Virus record (IMG/VR): IMGVR_UViG_3300042475_005534
Span: 24,124 to 88,123 of that record
Source: a virus
DNA length: 64,000 nt
Reading direction: 5' to 3' (one strand)
The position numbers were made by a program, and so were the translations under genes. This document shows positions 19,703 to 29,165 of this stretch, in pieces. Position 1 is the first letter of the stretch. Every line of letters starts with the position of its first letter. Under the pieces are notes generated by a model. The model was not told where the DNA came from. It saw only the letters and a list, made by a program, of their open reading frames with translations, and did no database searches.

Positions 19703-20320
19703 CTAAGCGCCGTACTCCAGTAGCCAGTCAGGCAGGGGCGGGATGGGGACTGCTGTCTGGGGCATCAGCATGGCCACAAGAGAAAGATCCTCTCTCTGTA
19801 GACGTAGGGGGCCATTGGGGTAGGGAGAGACAACCAGTGATTGGGTTGCATCAGCCATAGACCGCATCGCAGAGAGCAGCAGGGGCAAGTCGTATCGCCC
19901 AGAGGATCCCAGCTGGATTGGCGCAGAGCCCCAGAACTCGACGGCCCTGGCAATGACAGAGCGAACCGGGGGGAAGGGGACACTTGTTGTGGCGATGGGA
20001 AATGATTTACCGACGGAGTGCGACTGGTAGTACGTGGTCACTGTGGCCAGCCCGTCTTCAATGGCCAGTTCCCTTTCAGCGCTTTTGATCCCCTTGCTGG
20101 CGGTCTTGATCTCAGGGGTGGGGAGGAACACCGTTGCGGGTTCATCTGTGACGCCCTTGGGGTCGTAGCCGATGACGACCATGGCCTGGGAATCGGCAAG
20201 TGCTGTGACGGTGACGCCCTTGCCGGAGGGGTGCGGTGCTAGCTCAATTCCCTGACAGGGAGCGAACTTCCCGACGACATCGGCTGCGTGGGAGAAGAGG
20301 GAAGAATTGAGGCGAAACAT
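19703..20320 (-). CDS. hypothetical protein, possibly sliding-clamp (DNA pol III beta)-like
   Basis: beta/alpha pattern, PFP..RSVI, terminal AMLMP; weak resemblance only. Confidence 0.4.
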   Translation of the reverse strand: MFRLNSSLFSHAADVVGKFAPCQGIELAPHPSGKGVTVTALADSQAMVVIGYDPKGVTDEPATVFLPTPEIKTASKGIKSAERELAIEDGLATVTTYYQSHSVGKSFPIATTSVPFPPVRSVIARAVEFWGSAPIQLGSSGRYDLPLLLSAMRSMADATQSLVVSPYPNGPLRLQREDLSLVAMLMPQTAVPIPPLPDWLLEYGA

Positions 20321-20455
20321 AGATGGATTAGATGAAAGCCACCAAGCGGAGATCGCTAGGCTAAGGGTGGGCCCCGCGTCGTTCGGTCGTGGTGATTGAC
20401 CAGTGAGTCATTCTGCACGAGCTGTCACGAGCTGGGCTGTTTTCAGGGCACTACC

Positions 20456-21292
20456 ATGTCTCAGCTTCCCGACAAGCCGGAACCAAAGCCCACCTGGCTG
20501 CCGATGGAGGCAGTCGTGGTCTGCGTGAACTATGCAGACTTCCTAGCCCACACGTTGCCGCATAACAAAAGCCAGTTCGATCGCATGGTCGTGGTCACGG
20601 CACCTGGGGACGAGGAGACCGTGAGCCTTTGCCGTTACTACAACGTTGAATGCGTCGAAACAGATGTGTTCTACAGGAACGGGGACGATTTCAACAAGGG
20701 TGCGGGCATCAATGAAGGGCTAGCCAAGCTATCTCTTCGTGGCTGGACAGTCCACATGGATGCAGACATTTACATGCCTCCGCAGACGAGGTCGATAATC
20801 GATCGCCTGCAGCTGGATCCACAGAAGGTCTACGGGGCTGACCGACTGATGTGTCCCAGCTACGAGGCATGGGCTGAATTCATGTGTGCTCCAAAGCCGA
20901 TCCAGGACAGTTGGGTTTTCATTCACCCAACAGCATTTCCGGTTGGGATTCGCTTGGCCCAGTACATGAGCTACTGGGGTGGATACGAACCGCTGGGATA
21001 CTTCCAGCTGTGGAATCCACAGAGTTCTGGAATCACCAGATATCCAACAGAGCATGGAGCGGCAGATCGAACTGACGTGCTGTTCTGCAAGAAGTGGCCA
21101 AGAGCCAAACGGGAATTGCTTCCAGAGATTCTCTTGATCCACTTGGAAAGCACTGACGAGATGGGGGCTAATTGGTGGGGGAGGAAAAGCCCCAGGTTTG
21201 CCCCACCGGCAAGGAAGCCGAAGCGGTCCCTACTGCGGAGATTCGTCGAGTGGTTCAGGGGTCCCGGGCCGCACGTCACCTGGAGCCATTGA
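20456..21292 (+). CDS. glycosyltransferase (GT2/GT-A fold)
   Basis: VVCVNYADFL..TL, FNKG.GIN.GL, DAD (DxD) motif, GYFQL. Confidence 0.75.
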   Translation: MSQLPDKPEPKPTWLPMEAVVVCVNYADFLAHTLPHNKSQFDRMVVVTAPGDEETVSLCRYYNVECVETDVFYRNGDDFNKGAGINEGLAKLSLRGWTVHMDADIYMPPQTRSIIDRLQLDPQKVYGADRLMCPSYEAWAEFMCAPKPIQDSWVFIHPTAFPVGIRLAQYMSYWGGYEPLGYFQLWNPQSSGITRYPTEHGAADRTDVLFCKKWPRAKRELLPEILLIHLESTDEMGANWWGRKSPRFAPPARKPKRSLLRRFVEWFRGPGPHVTWSH

Positions 21293-21439
21293 GGCAAGGA
21301 CCCACTTCCATGGGAGGTTGCGCGCCTGGAGCCCATGATTGGCTTCCAGTAGTTCGTCCATGGTGATCGTTGGCGTCCAGTCAGCGAGGATGGGCGCACC
21401 GGTTTCACGATGGACAAGTCTGACCATCCGGAATGACAT
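21230..21439 (-). CDS. hypothetical protein
   Basis: Short ORF. Confidence 0.4.
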   Translation of the reverse strand: MSFRMVRLVHRETGAPILADWTPTITMDELLEANHGLQARNLPWKWVLASMAPGDVRPGTPEPLDESPQ

Positions 21440-21550
21440 GACAGCTTCATCAGCTGAACCAGGCTAGGAAGTCTGGAGGCCTGCGCTTGATGTGTAAAGC
21501 ATTGTGCCAGCTGGGTTTCAATAGGATAGAAGGCGATTAGCCGCCTTGCC

Positions 21551-21787
21551 TTGAGCGACGAACAGGATCGGGAGGACGTCGATTTCTGGTATCAGATTCG
21601 ACTGAATGCTGTCTCCGCTTTGGTGATGGCAGGTGGTGCTGCGATCTTGTGGATTGGTTACAAGGTGCCACTGCAGTTGGATGCCATCCTCGATAATCAG
21701 AAGGAGCAATCAGAGGAGATCGTGCAGATCAAGGTAGACCTCAAATCACACGATCGCCGAATCACCCAGCTGGAGCTGAGGCCGTGA
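21551..21787 (+). CDS. small membrane protein with coiled coil (holin-like?)
   Basis: One TM helix followed by HDRRITQLE. Confidence 0.5.
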   Translation: MSDEQDREDVDFWYQIRLNAVSALVMAGGAAILWIGYKVPLQLDAILDNQKEQSEEIVQIKVDLKSHDRRITQLELRP

Positions 21788-21984
21788 CTTGCCAAGGAAA
21801 CGAGCGCTGCTGCCGCAGGACTGAGAACGCCATACTGATTGGCGGGTTGGTCATTACGGCAGCGACGTTGATTCTGGGTATCACCTTTAGTCGGCATCTA
21901 CGGGCCTTGGTCACAGGCGGTACCCCGTCGGGATTGGTACGAGTGTTGTCGCCCGCTGCCGAAGCGGCAGGTTCTAATCGCTAG
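21784..21984 (+). CDS. small membrane protein
   Basis: Hydrophobic helix; GTGA-coupled. Confidence 0.4.
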   Translation: MTCQGNERCCRRTENAILIGGLVITAATLILGITFSRHLRALVTGGTPSGLVRVLSPAAEAAGSNR

Positions 21985-22219
21985 TGTGCGGCGCTCTCGT
22001 GTTGGCAGGTGCGAAACGTTTTTGGTAGTAGGGCTCAAGGATCTTAAGCCACTGCTTGGCTGAGTAAATCCGCCGCGTCTTGAGATTAAGCTCTCGATCC
22101 GCCCTTTGGCAGTAGTGGTCAATACGGGCGGCCTCGAGGGAGAGGGCAACGTAGTAACGCAAGAGGCAGTGGCTAGTGATCTCGATGGAGTCAGGCTCCT
22201 GATTTGCGCTTGCTTCCAT
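21974..22219 (-). CDS. hypothetical protein
   Basis: Operonic ORF. Confidence 0.5.
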   Translation of the reverse strand: MEASANQEPDSIEITSHCLLRYYVALSLEAARIDHYCQRADRELNLKTRRIYSAKQWLKILEPYYQKRFAPANTRAPHTSD

Positions 22220-23000
22220 AGCCTGTGAACTCTCCGTTGCGACGACGTATTTTGATGGCCTCTGCGGCGGGGGTGCCAGGGGGCTGGAAGCCGTGGCTCA
22301 GGTGGCAGAAGTGGGAGGGTGTCTCAGTCCAGGCCAGGTAGTCCGTCTTGTCAATGGGGAGTCCCAAGGCTTCTGCTTCGTGCTCATAGTTGAGGACGCG
22401 AGCAGAGCGAGGGAAGATGCCCTGCTCGATCAGGTGATCGAACTTGCCGCCCCATGATGCCGTGACCCTGAGGTTTTGTGGCAGGGGCAGAAGTCTTGGA
22501 GGATTCCCCACCACAAAGAGCGGCAGATTCTTGGTGTAGAAGTAGTGGATCAAGTCAGGAGTTCTTTCCGCGGCGGCAATGATGCCATCACGGAGGGCCA
22601 CTGAGAAGCAGTCGCCGCCAGCAAACCAGCGGACATGGGTGGTCTTGTGCTGCCTGGAGCGCTCGATGCCGCCGAGGAGGATGTCCCTGAGGGCATCTGG
22701 AGCGGCATGGCGCACAAGATCGAAATTGCGCCAGCGGCTATTGCGAGCCGTGGGATAACGCTGCTCCGTGCTGACCTCGTAGCAACGAATGATCTGTTGA
22801 GGGCCATCCGTAATTTGGCCGGTATTCCGATCGGAAAGCGCAAGGCAAGCTAAGGCGCCAGGGCAGGTGTGCCCAGAAGGAAGTGAAAAGGTCAAGAAAG
22901 AATCAGGGAGTTTGCCATTGCCTCGACCGAAGAATGGCAACTCACGGAAGGTGCTGACCTCAAGCGCACGGGTGGGACGAACAAGGACCGTCATGATCAC
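22191..23000 (-). CDS. GP88-like protein (Cys-motif, radical-SAM-like)
   Basis: GN.KL, FSLPSGHTCPGALAC, CY, VRW..GGD, YFYTK, TASWGG. Confidence 0.7.
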   Translation of the reverse strand: MIMTVLVRPTRALEVSTFRELPFFGRGNGKLPDSFLTFSLPSGHTCPGALACLALSDRNTGQITDGPQQIIRCYEVSTEQRYPTARNSRWRNFDLVRHAAPDALRDILLGGIERSRQHKTTHVRWFAGGDCFSVALRDGIIAAAERTPDLIHYFYTKNLPLFVVGNPPRLLPLPQNLRVTASWGGKFDHLIEQGIFPRSARVLNYEHEAEALGLPIDKTDYLAWTETPSHFCHLSHGFQPPGTPAAEAIKIRRRNGEFTGYGSKRKSGA

Positions 23001-23248
23001 TTAGCCGAGTCAGCAGAGACATCACGCTTGAGCTGCTGCAGCTGGACATCAGCCAGGGCTTGCGCTTTTTCAAGTTCAGACTTGAGGCGTGACAGGGTGT
23101 TAGCCAGGGTAAGCGCTTCATCGGTGGTCAAGGGACTGGATGGACCCAGGGAGTCGTAATGCGACTGAAGAGCCAGGAGCTCCCAGTAGAGGAACTCCGC
23201 CTGCCTGGGAGTGTGATCCAGGCGGATCATGTAGGGACGTGGATACAT
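22997..23248 (-). CDS. hypothetical protein
   Basis: First ATG after hairpin element copy 1. Confidence 0.5.
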   Translation of the reverse strand: MYPRPYMIRLDHTPRQAEFLYWELLALQSHYDSLGPSSPLTTDEALTLANTLSRLKSELEKAQALADVQLQQLKRDVSADSAK

Positions 23249-23282
23249 GTGATTAGTGGTTGAATAGAAAAACGAAAGCCCG

Positions 23283-23308
23283 CCCAGCAAGCAGTGCGCA
23301 CTGCTGAG
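23283..23308 (-). repeat. conserved hairpin element, copy 1
   Basis: CTCAGCAG-tgcgcactgc-TTGCTGGG on the minus strand. Confidence 0.85.
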
Positions 23309-23318
23309 AAAGGGCAAT

Positions 23319-23342
23319 AAAAAAGCCGACCCATTGGCCGGC
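23319..23342 (-). terminator. intrinsic terminator
   Basis: GCCGGCC-aatg-GGTCGGC-TTTTTT on the minus strand. Confidence 0.7.
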
Positions 23343-23393
23343 GAGGTGGTGAGTTATGCGACAGTGGAGGCAGTAGCTTGCGCCCCCGTGGAA

Positions 23394-23798
23394 TTAAAGA
23401 TTCGACTCTATCAAGTCAGCGATCTGAAGGAACGAAAAACCGTTGTCATTAACATCGGTCAGATTTTGACTGCTTAGGTCATATTCGTGGTTAGCGCAGG
23501 AAGGGTCGTCAACCCTAAAGTCGGGCAAACTGACGTTGAACTCCCCTGTCAGCGCGAAGTCGGGATCAACAGCAATTATTCCTGCCCACTTGGCAACCTC
23601 CCCAGGGAGAAGCGCGTCGCAGCGCAGATAGGTCGTGTCTTTGTCGTCCCACCCTGGCCCACCCTGGTCGCGATCGTAGAGATCGCAGAGGACCCCCAGA
23701 CAGCAGTAAGTGTCCCCGCAGCGGAGCTGGCCAATGCCCTGCTGGTAGTTACCTGAGCGCAGGGCGTCGACCCAGAGTTTTTTGATGTGTTCGTGCAT
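23394..23798 (-). CDS. conserved phage hypothetical protein
   Basis: WVDALRSG.YQQG...L...CCLGVLC...ND.G.SF.QIAD.IE. Confidence 0.7.
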   Translation of the reverse strand: MHEHIKKLWVDALRSGNYQQGIGQLRCGDTYCCLGVLCDLYDRDQGGPGWDDKDTTYLRCDALLPGEVAKWAGIIAVDPDFALTGEFNVSLPDFRVDDPSCANHEYDLSSQNLTDVNDNGFSFLQIADLIESNL

Positions 23799-23811
23799 GA
23801 GAATTACCGGC

Positions 23812-24102
23812 TCAGGGCCGGGGGGAGGGGATGCGGTAAAAGGGGTTTTCGTAGCGATGAATGACTTCCATGGCGGCTTGGACTTCCGCCCTGATCAGTC
23901 CTTGAACGTAGCGATGTCTATCATCCTGGTGGGCGTTCCCACACTTGAGTGCCATATCAATAGCAGCAACATGCCTGGCAAGAGCGGCGTAGGCATGAGC
24001 CAGATCTGGTTGGATGATTTCGGGCGTTTCCATGAATAGGCCTGGTTGGGTGATCTCGGTCATTTCGATTCGTGTTGGAAGCGAGGGAAGCGTTTTACCC
24101 AT
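23812..24102 (-). CDS. hypothetical protein
   Basis: Operonic ORF. Confidence 0.5.
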   Translation of the reverse strand: MGKTLPSLPTRIEMTEITQPGLFMETPEIIQPDLAHAYAALARHVAAIDMALKCGNAHQDDRHRYVQGLIRAEVQAAMEVIHRYENPFYRIPSPRP

Positions 24103-24493
24103 CAGGGAGAGCCGCTATAGCGCGGCGGAGGATTGCTTTGTGGGCAGGTCGATAAGTTGGCACGCCGGCTTCTATGGCATCAAAGTGCGCCTCAAGCGCT
24201 TCCAAGGCCTGCTCCTTCAAGCTCGGCGGCTTGGGGCGTCGGGCGACGCGGAGATCATCGATCACGGCTTGTGGATACCACTCGGCACGTAAATGATGCA
24301 AGCATGCTTCCAGCTCAGCATCTGCAGCGGCCTGAATCTCCGGCTCGCGCTGGTCCCAGGCCCATCGGGCGGCCTGGGCAATTAAATAATCAGAGAGTTT
24401 GTCATAGTCGGGATAATCCCATGGAGCTTCTTTTCTCCATTTGACTCGCATCTCTTGAGGCGGGCTGCTGGGGTGCTGCTGTTGTTCAGTCAT
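24095..24493 (-). CDS. cyanophage-type hypothetical protein
   Basis: QAARW...ADAELEAC...LR.ARRPKPPSLKEQAL. Confidence 0.7.
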   Translation of the reverse strand: MTEQQQHPSSPPQEMRVKWRKEAPWDYPDYDKLSDYLIAQAARWAWDQREPEIQAAADAELEACLHHLRAEWYPQAVIDDLRVARRPKPPSLKEQALEALEAHFDAIEAGVPTYRPAHKAILRRAIAALPDG

Positions 24494-24504
24494 GGGTTTA
24501 GGTG

Positions 24505-24569
24505 TTGAACTCAGAGGTTTTTCCGGATAGTTGGATTAGGCGGTCAACACCAGGAGTCAGTCATCGTCA
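24505..24569. repeat. 65-bp direct repeat, copy 1
   Basis: 63/65 identical to 25059-25123. Confidence 0.9.
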
Positions 24570-24633
24570 AAGAAGGGTTGGGCGCCGAACAAGGCAACTT
24601 CCACGGCAGGGGGAGCAATCAAAAGTAGTTGTT

Positions 24634-24855
24634 TCATGGGGTAAGGGGGTCACAAGCCCGGGCGAGGTGAGTCACGACGTCTTCGTAGTAGATCCAGCGC
24701 CAGCATTGGACGTAGGCGCCGTCTTCGTCTTCCCTGCTAATCTTGGCGTCGTCGTCGAACTCAAGTTCGCCATCGCGGCCATAGAGTTCGTTGGCGACCT
24801 GGCGGAGGACCTCATCGTTGGGACCTGGAAATAGGTCAGGCATTGAGTGGCTCAT
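24634..24855 (-). CDS. hypothetical protein
   Basis: DGELEFDDDAKIS...GAYVQCWRWI. Confidence 0.6.
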   Translation of the reverse strand: MSHSMPDLFPGPNDEVLRQVANELYGRDGELEFDDDAKISREDEDGAYVQCWRWIYYEDVVTHLARACDPLTP

Positions 24856-25052
24856 GGCAGGAAGTAAGCAGTAGCCCCAGGAGAAGTGGCTTCCCCTTGG
24901 CTGACGCCGATCAGCCTGCGAGAGGTGTCGAGCGTGCGCCACTCCGAGCGGTAGGGCCAGCGGTCGTTGACAATTCGCGGATGAATGTTGATACCTGCTG
25001 TTGAGAGGCGATTGATTTCAGAAAAGAACTGGTTGCGGTCGACGGGTTTCAT
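24852..25052 (-). CDS. hypothetical protein
   Basis: ATGA-coupled. Confidence 0.55.
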   Translation of the reverse strand: MKPVDRNQFFSEINRLSTAGINIHPRIVNDRWPYRSEWRTLDTSRRLIGVSQGEATSPGATAYFLP

Positions 25053-25058
25053 TGGGCT

Positions 25059-25123
25059 TTGAACTCAGAGGTTGTTCCGGATAGTTGGATTAGGCGGTCA
25101 GCACCAGGAGTCAGTCATCGTCA
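25059..25123. repeat. 65-bp direct repeat, copy 2
   Basis: 63/65 identical to 24505-24569. Confidence 0.9.
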
Positions 25124-25275
25124 GACTCTTCTGCGATGTCGATCTGTCGCTGAACCCAGTCCCAGTAGCCGAGACGGGTGTCGCCCTCAAGGGCTTCGTG
25201 GGCCCAGTCACTAGGCGGAAAGGCTGGGTGTTCACCCCAGTGGCCGCCGTAAAGGGAATCCAAATGGATAGTCAT
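25111..25275 (-). CDS. small hypothetical protein (54 aa)
   Basis: MTIHLDSLYGGHWGEHPAFPPSDWAHEALEGDTRLGYWDWV...DDD; below the ORF-track cutoff. Confidence 0.6.
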   Translation of the reverse strand: MTIHLDSLYGGHWGEHPAFPPSDWAHEALEGDTRLGYWDWVQRQIDIAEESDDD

Positions 25276-25476
25276 TGCGAAATGCGAGAACTGAGTGAAT
25301 AAGGGAGGGGCTCACCGTGCAGCACAACAAACGTCAGTGGTGGACACAACGCTTCTCGTGCATCACAGGAGGTTCGCGCCAGGATGTGAGCAATCCCGGG
25401 CAGGGTGAGATGGCGACCTGGGATTGATCTGGGCCAAGCCAGGGCAAACCGGTAGGTAGCCAAGTGGTGTGGATCA

Positions 25477-25800
25477 TCAATGAGTTGATCCAGCCGAACT
25501 CTCCCCTGAAGAAGCAGGTAGAGATCGGTAGCCAGGAAACGCAGCGCCGCATGCAAGGCACCCAGGATCAAGGTCATTGTCCAGGGCCTCGTAGTGAAAT
25601 GCGGCTGCGATGAAGCCCCCGTATTCCGGGTGCTCAGGGAGGGGATCTCCCTCAAGGAGCCAGTCCCGTTCAGGGATCGGCTTTCCGTCGTGGTGGAAGG
25701 GTGCATACCAGGTGCCTTCATGGAGGGACCATCCAGCAGAACGTCGCACACGGGCGACAGGGCTCAGAAGTAAGACAAGTCTGTCAAGGATGTTGATCAT
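25477..25800 (-). CDS. hypothetical protein
   Basis: ORF in the leftward operon. Confidence 0.4.
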   Translation of the reverse strand: MINILDRLVLLLSPVARVRRSAGWSLHEGTWYAPFHHDGKPIPERDWLLEGDPLPEHPEYGGFIAAAFHYEALDNDLDPGCLACGAAFPGYRSLPASSGESSAGSTH

Positions 25801-26015
25801 TGGGATAAGTGGCACAGGCTAGGGTCTGGGAAGGTGACAACGCTCGTCAGCAATCACAACAACGCACGGACCATAGGCCCGCTCGTGTTGTCTTGCAAGC
25901 CGTGCGAGGTCTCTGGCAGTGCCATTGGCCTCGAGGAAGGGTTGCTTTTTGTTGGGCTCGTAGATCTTGAGGGTCATGATGAGTCAGGAGGGGTGAGTGG
26001 AGGGAAGGAGTGGGA

Positions 26016-27413
26016 TCAGTTGGCGCCGATGCAGGCAGCAGTAGCGGCGAGGGCTGGCGGGGTGGACTGCTCCATCAAGGAGGCGACAGCCTTGGCCCAG
26101 ATGGCAGCTTGCGCCCGGTCGTGTTGCACGCTGCCGTCAGTGCCGCAGTCGTGGGCCAACTCATGGACTAGGACCGATAGGAAGGATTCCATCGATACCA
26201 GGGAGCAGCGGGAGACCCTGATTTTTCCAGTGGAGGCGTGATGGGTCCCGAGGATGGTGGGACTAGAGAAGTCGACGATGCTGACGCGCCCGAGCAGGGG
26301 TGCCAACTCGAGCGCAAGTCCAGCGCCGCCGACCAATCCCATGCCACGCAGGTAGATCACCTGCTCGCTTTCTGTGAGATCAGCAATGGTGTAGGTCTGA
26401 GTGATGGCACCGACCTCGCTCTTTTTGATCTGATCAAGATCAAGGTCGCTGCCCTTGAAGAAATCACAGAGGAGCTTGGAGGAGAGGATTCCCATCCGTC
26501 CGTAGTGGCCGGCCTCCTTGTAGTCGGAGGCGGAGTGGACAGGGATGGCGGTGTCGCCATGGGCATCTCGGAAGAGTCCCTCGACGCAAGCGCGGAGGCC
26601 ATGATCGGGAGTGGCGAACTCGTAGTAGCAGAGGTCTTGCTTGCCAGAAGCCAGGAGATCCAGGACTTGCTGGGCCACGGATTCGGAGCCGATGCTGTCG
26701 GTGAATGCTTCTCGGCTCTCCTCGAAGTGGTTAAACAACTGCTCCCACAGCTTGACCCTGTTGTACTTGGCGTCATAGCTGTTGACCATGCGCCGGTCCC
26801 GATCGGTCGAGGCATGGAGAAAGTTGTAGCCGTACTGAAGGTTGTCATCGCCTTCCACCCAGATGCCTTTGACGTAGGACTGGCTGTGGAATTTGGGCTC
26901 CATCAGGACCTGGCCGCTGGTGGTCTTGATGGCTGTTGTGTCCTGGAAATCGAGGAAGCGATCACGGAAGGAACGCCATTCGGCAAGAGTGATTTGGACT
27001 TCAACGACGAAATCCTCTGCGGCCCTAGGGAGATGACGGGTGCGGATGGTCAGAACGTCCTGGCCGAACTCCTTGGATGGAGCAATGAGTGGCGTCCAGG
27101 ATTCGTCACCATTGAGGAAGCGGATCTGACGACCAGCCCGGGCTAGAGCAAGGGCGCCGAGCTTGAGGCCTTCACCGAAGTGACCGCGCTGGGAGTCATC
27201 ACCAGCCTTGGTGGTCTGGCCCATGAGCCAGACATTGCGCTGCAGCTTGGCGCCACTGCTACTGACACGCAAGTGGCGGCCGGTGTGACTGATGGAGAGC
27301 TCGTGGCCGATATCACGGGCATCGAGGGCGTTCTGGATGACTTCGCGAACACCCTCGTAGATGCCCCAGTCACTGACGTATTCGGGGCTGATGGTGAGCT
27401 GAAATGTTGCCAT
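26016..27413 (-). CDS. GHKL-type ATPase with C-terminal HExxH motif
   Basis: REVIQNALD, G.T.K...GHFGEGLKLG; VLVHELAH. Confidence 0.75.
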   Translation of the reverse strand: MATFQLTISPEYVSDWGIYEGVREVIQNALDARDIGHELSISHTGRHLRVSSSGAKLQRNVWLMGQTTKAGDDSQRGHFGEGLKLGALALARAGRQIRFLNGDESWTPLIAPSKEFGQDVLTIRTRHLPRAAEDFVVEVQITLAEWRSFRDRFLDFQDTTAIKTTSGQVLMEPKFHSQSYVKGIWVEGDDNLQYGYNFLHASTDRDRRMVNSYDAKYNRVKLWEQLFNHFEESREAFTDSIGSESVAQQVLDLLASGKQDLCYYEFATPDHGLRACVEGLFRDAHGDTAIPVHSASDYKEAGHYGRMGILSSKLLCDFFKGSDLDLDQIKKSEVGAITQTYTIADLTESEQVIYLRGMGLVGGAGLALELAPLLGRVSIVDFSSPTILGTHHASTGKIRVSRCSLVSMESFLSVLVHELAHDCGTDGSVQHDRAQAAIWAKAVASLMEQSTPPALAATAACIGAN

Positions 27414-27461
27414 GAATGAAATGAGGTAGAGAGTTCAGGGATAAGGGGAACTGCGCACCGA

Positions 27462-27484
27462 AACAGGCAGTGTGCACTGCTGAG
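27462..27484 (-). repeat. conserved hairpin element, copy 2
   Basis: CTCAGCAG-tgcacactgc-CTGTT. Confidence 0.85.
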
Positions 27485-27533
27485 TGGGCCCAACGAACTA
27501 GGAATCAGCGGCTCCGGGGAAAGCGCTGAATAC

Positions 27534-27965
27534 TCAAACCACTGAGCGCTGTGGGGGTGCTTCCTTGAAAAGATGTCTGTAGGCTCCTCGCGGCATGAGC
27601 CAATCTGTTCTCCATTCCCCATCGGAAGAGAAGGAGAAAGCGGGGCAGTGGTGGGCTATACGCAAGAGACAGAGACAGACGGCTAGGTCATAGGGTTTGT
27701 GCGCTGTTTTGCAGAAGTTGAATTCCCTATCAGCGCGACCAGGACTGAATGGGACATGAAAAGTCTCGTAGCCGTCCCCACCAGCACCGTTAAGTCGAAT
27801 TTCCGACTTTGTTACAAGAGGAGGGAGATTGTTGTCGTATTCGGCCTGTAGAGCGATTCCCTGCTCCCCGCAGTACGAGACAATCTTGCGAGTATCTCTG
27901 CAGATTGCAGACCATTGATCAAGGGTAAAGTCTTTGGATTGCTGCCAGTAATGTGTGTAGCCCAT
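27534..27965 (-). CDS. conserved hypothetical protein
   Basis: MGYTHYW...NG.....ETF...FCKTA.KPYD.AV...SSDG. Confidence 0.7.
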   Translation of the reverse strand: MGYTHYWQQSKDFTLDQWSAICRDTRKIVSYCGEQGIALQAEYDNNLPPLVTKSEIRLNGAGGDGYETFHVPFSPGRADREFNFCKTAHKPYDLAVCLCLLRIAHHCPAFSFSSDGEWRTDWLMPRGAYRHLFKEAPPQRSVV

Positions 27966-28033
27966 TTGATAGTGGGTGCAGGTGGAAATAGAAGGAGAAG
28001 GGCCGCCAAGCGCGGCCCCGTTGGCGGAAGCGA

Positions 28034-29122
28034 TCAGGCATGGACCAGTTCGCGGGCGACTTCATTGGCCCGCTTGATGACACCAGCGCCGGTGCCGAAG
28101 AGGGCCGAGTGGATGCGGCGCTTGCCGGCGCCTTGGGTCTTGCCGGAGGATTCGACTTCGGTGACGGCATTGAGGCCCCAGTAGAGGGTGCCTGCAACGC
28201 CCGGGATGTCACGGCCGAGGCCGTAATTCCAGGCGTGCTCGAGCTTGGCCCACTTGCGGGGCATGTCTTCGATGGAGCCAGGGCGGGTGTCGCCGTTGTC
28301 CATGCGGACAGATGGGATTTGCTTTTCGTAGACCTGCTCAAGGAAGTGCCGGTAGAGATCGGTGGTCATGGGCACCTCCCGCATGGCGCGGTACTCATCG
28401 ACGACCTGGGCAAAGCTCTGGCGAGCAATGTCGATACTGGAGAGGATGCGATCGATTTGGGCCACATCGTTCTCGGTGTGCTTGATGGTGAACTGCCGGC
28501 CGTGGCGGTTAGCGTCGTTCATGGCGTAGCCGAGGGTGTTCAAACAGACGACCCTGGTGTCAGTGAAGATCCCTCCGAAGGCAGTGCTGCCGTCGTGGCC
28601 GAGGTAGCCGACGATGTTGCGGTAGACCTTGTCACCAGGGATGACCTGCTGGTCAGTGCCGCGGATCTTGGCAGTGAAGGCCACCTTGGCACCCTCGCGC
28701 AGGACGATCACAGCATCCATGTCGCATTCTTCCCGTAGGGCAGAAGCGAAATCCAGCAGGCGCTGGTTGGGGATGATCTTGTAATCGGGGCTGGCGGTGC
28801 CGAGGATCTTGCGGGTGTCGGGACGCCAGATGGCAACACGGCTGTCCGCCATGCTGATCAGGTGCTGATACGCGGCCTGGTGGATGGCTTCTCCACGCTC
28901 TTGCGGGGTAGAGAAGGGCTGGTCAGCCGCCAGGGCAATGGCATCGAGGAGCTCAGGATTGCTGAGGTCGCCGGCCCAGAGCTGGAGCTTCTCCACAGGG
29001 AAGAGAGCTCCGTAGCGACGGAAGGCGTCAGGGGCGGGCATGGTGCCTTCGATGACGTCGCCTTCGGGGTGCCAGGCGGCAGTGCCGTGCATGAAGACTG
29101 CAGAAGTGACTTCGTGTGCCAT
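28034..29122 (-). CDS. DUF932-family phage/plasmid protein
   Basis: MAHE...AWH, HDG, T.TRVVC.NTL, HT, GTLY..LNAVTE. Confidence 0.8.
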   Translation of the reverse strand: MAHEVTSAVFMHGTAAWHPEGDVIEGTMPAPDAFRRYGALFPVEKLQLWAGDLSNPELLDAIALAADQPFSTPQERGEAIHQAAYQHLISMADSRVAIWRPDTRKILGTASPDYKIIPNQRLLDFASALREECDMDAVIVLREGAKVAFTAKIRGTDQQVIPGDKVYRNIVGYLGHDGSTAFGGIFTDTRVVCLNTLGYAMNDANRHGRQFTIKHTENDVAQIDRILSSIDIARQSFAQVVDEYRAMREVPMTTDLYRHFLEQVYEKQIPSVRMDNGDTRPGSIEDMPRKWAKLEHAWNYGLGRDIPGVAGTLYWGLNAVTEVESSGKTQGAGKRRIHSALFGTGAGVIKRANEVARELVHA

Positions 29123-29165
29123 GGGATTTAAGAAATGGATGAGAAAGTGAAAGGAGAAGACGGGG

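Noticed and set aside
26238-28738. Long plus-strand ORFs (302 and 232 aa)
   Set aside because: Antisense shadows of well-supported minus-strand genes, caused by high-GC codon bias.
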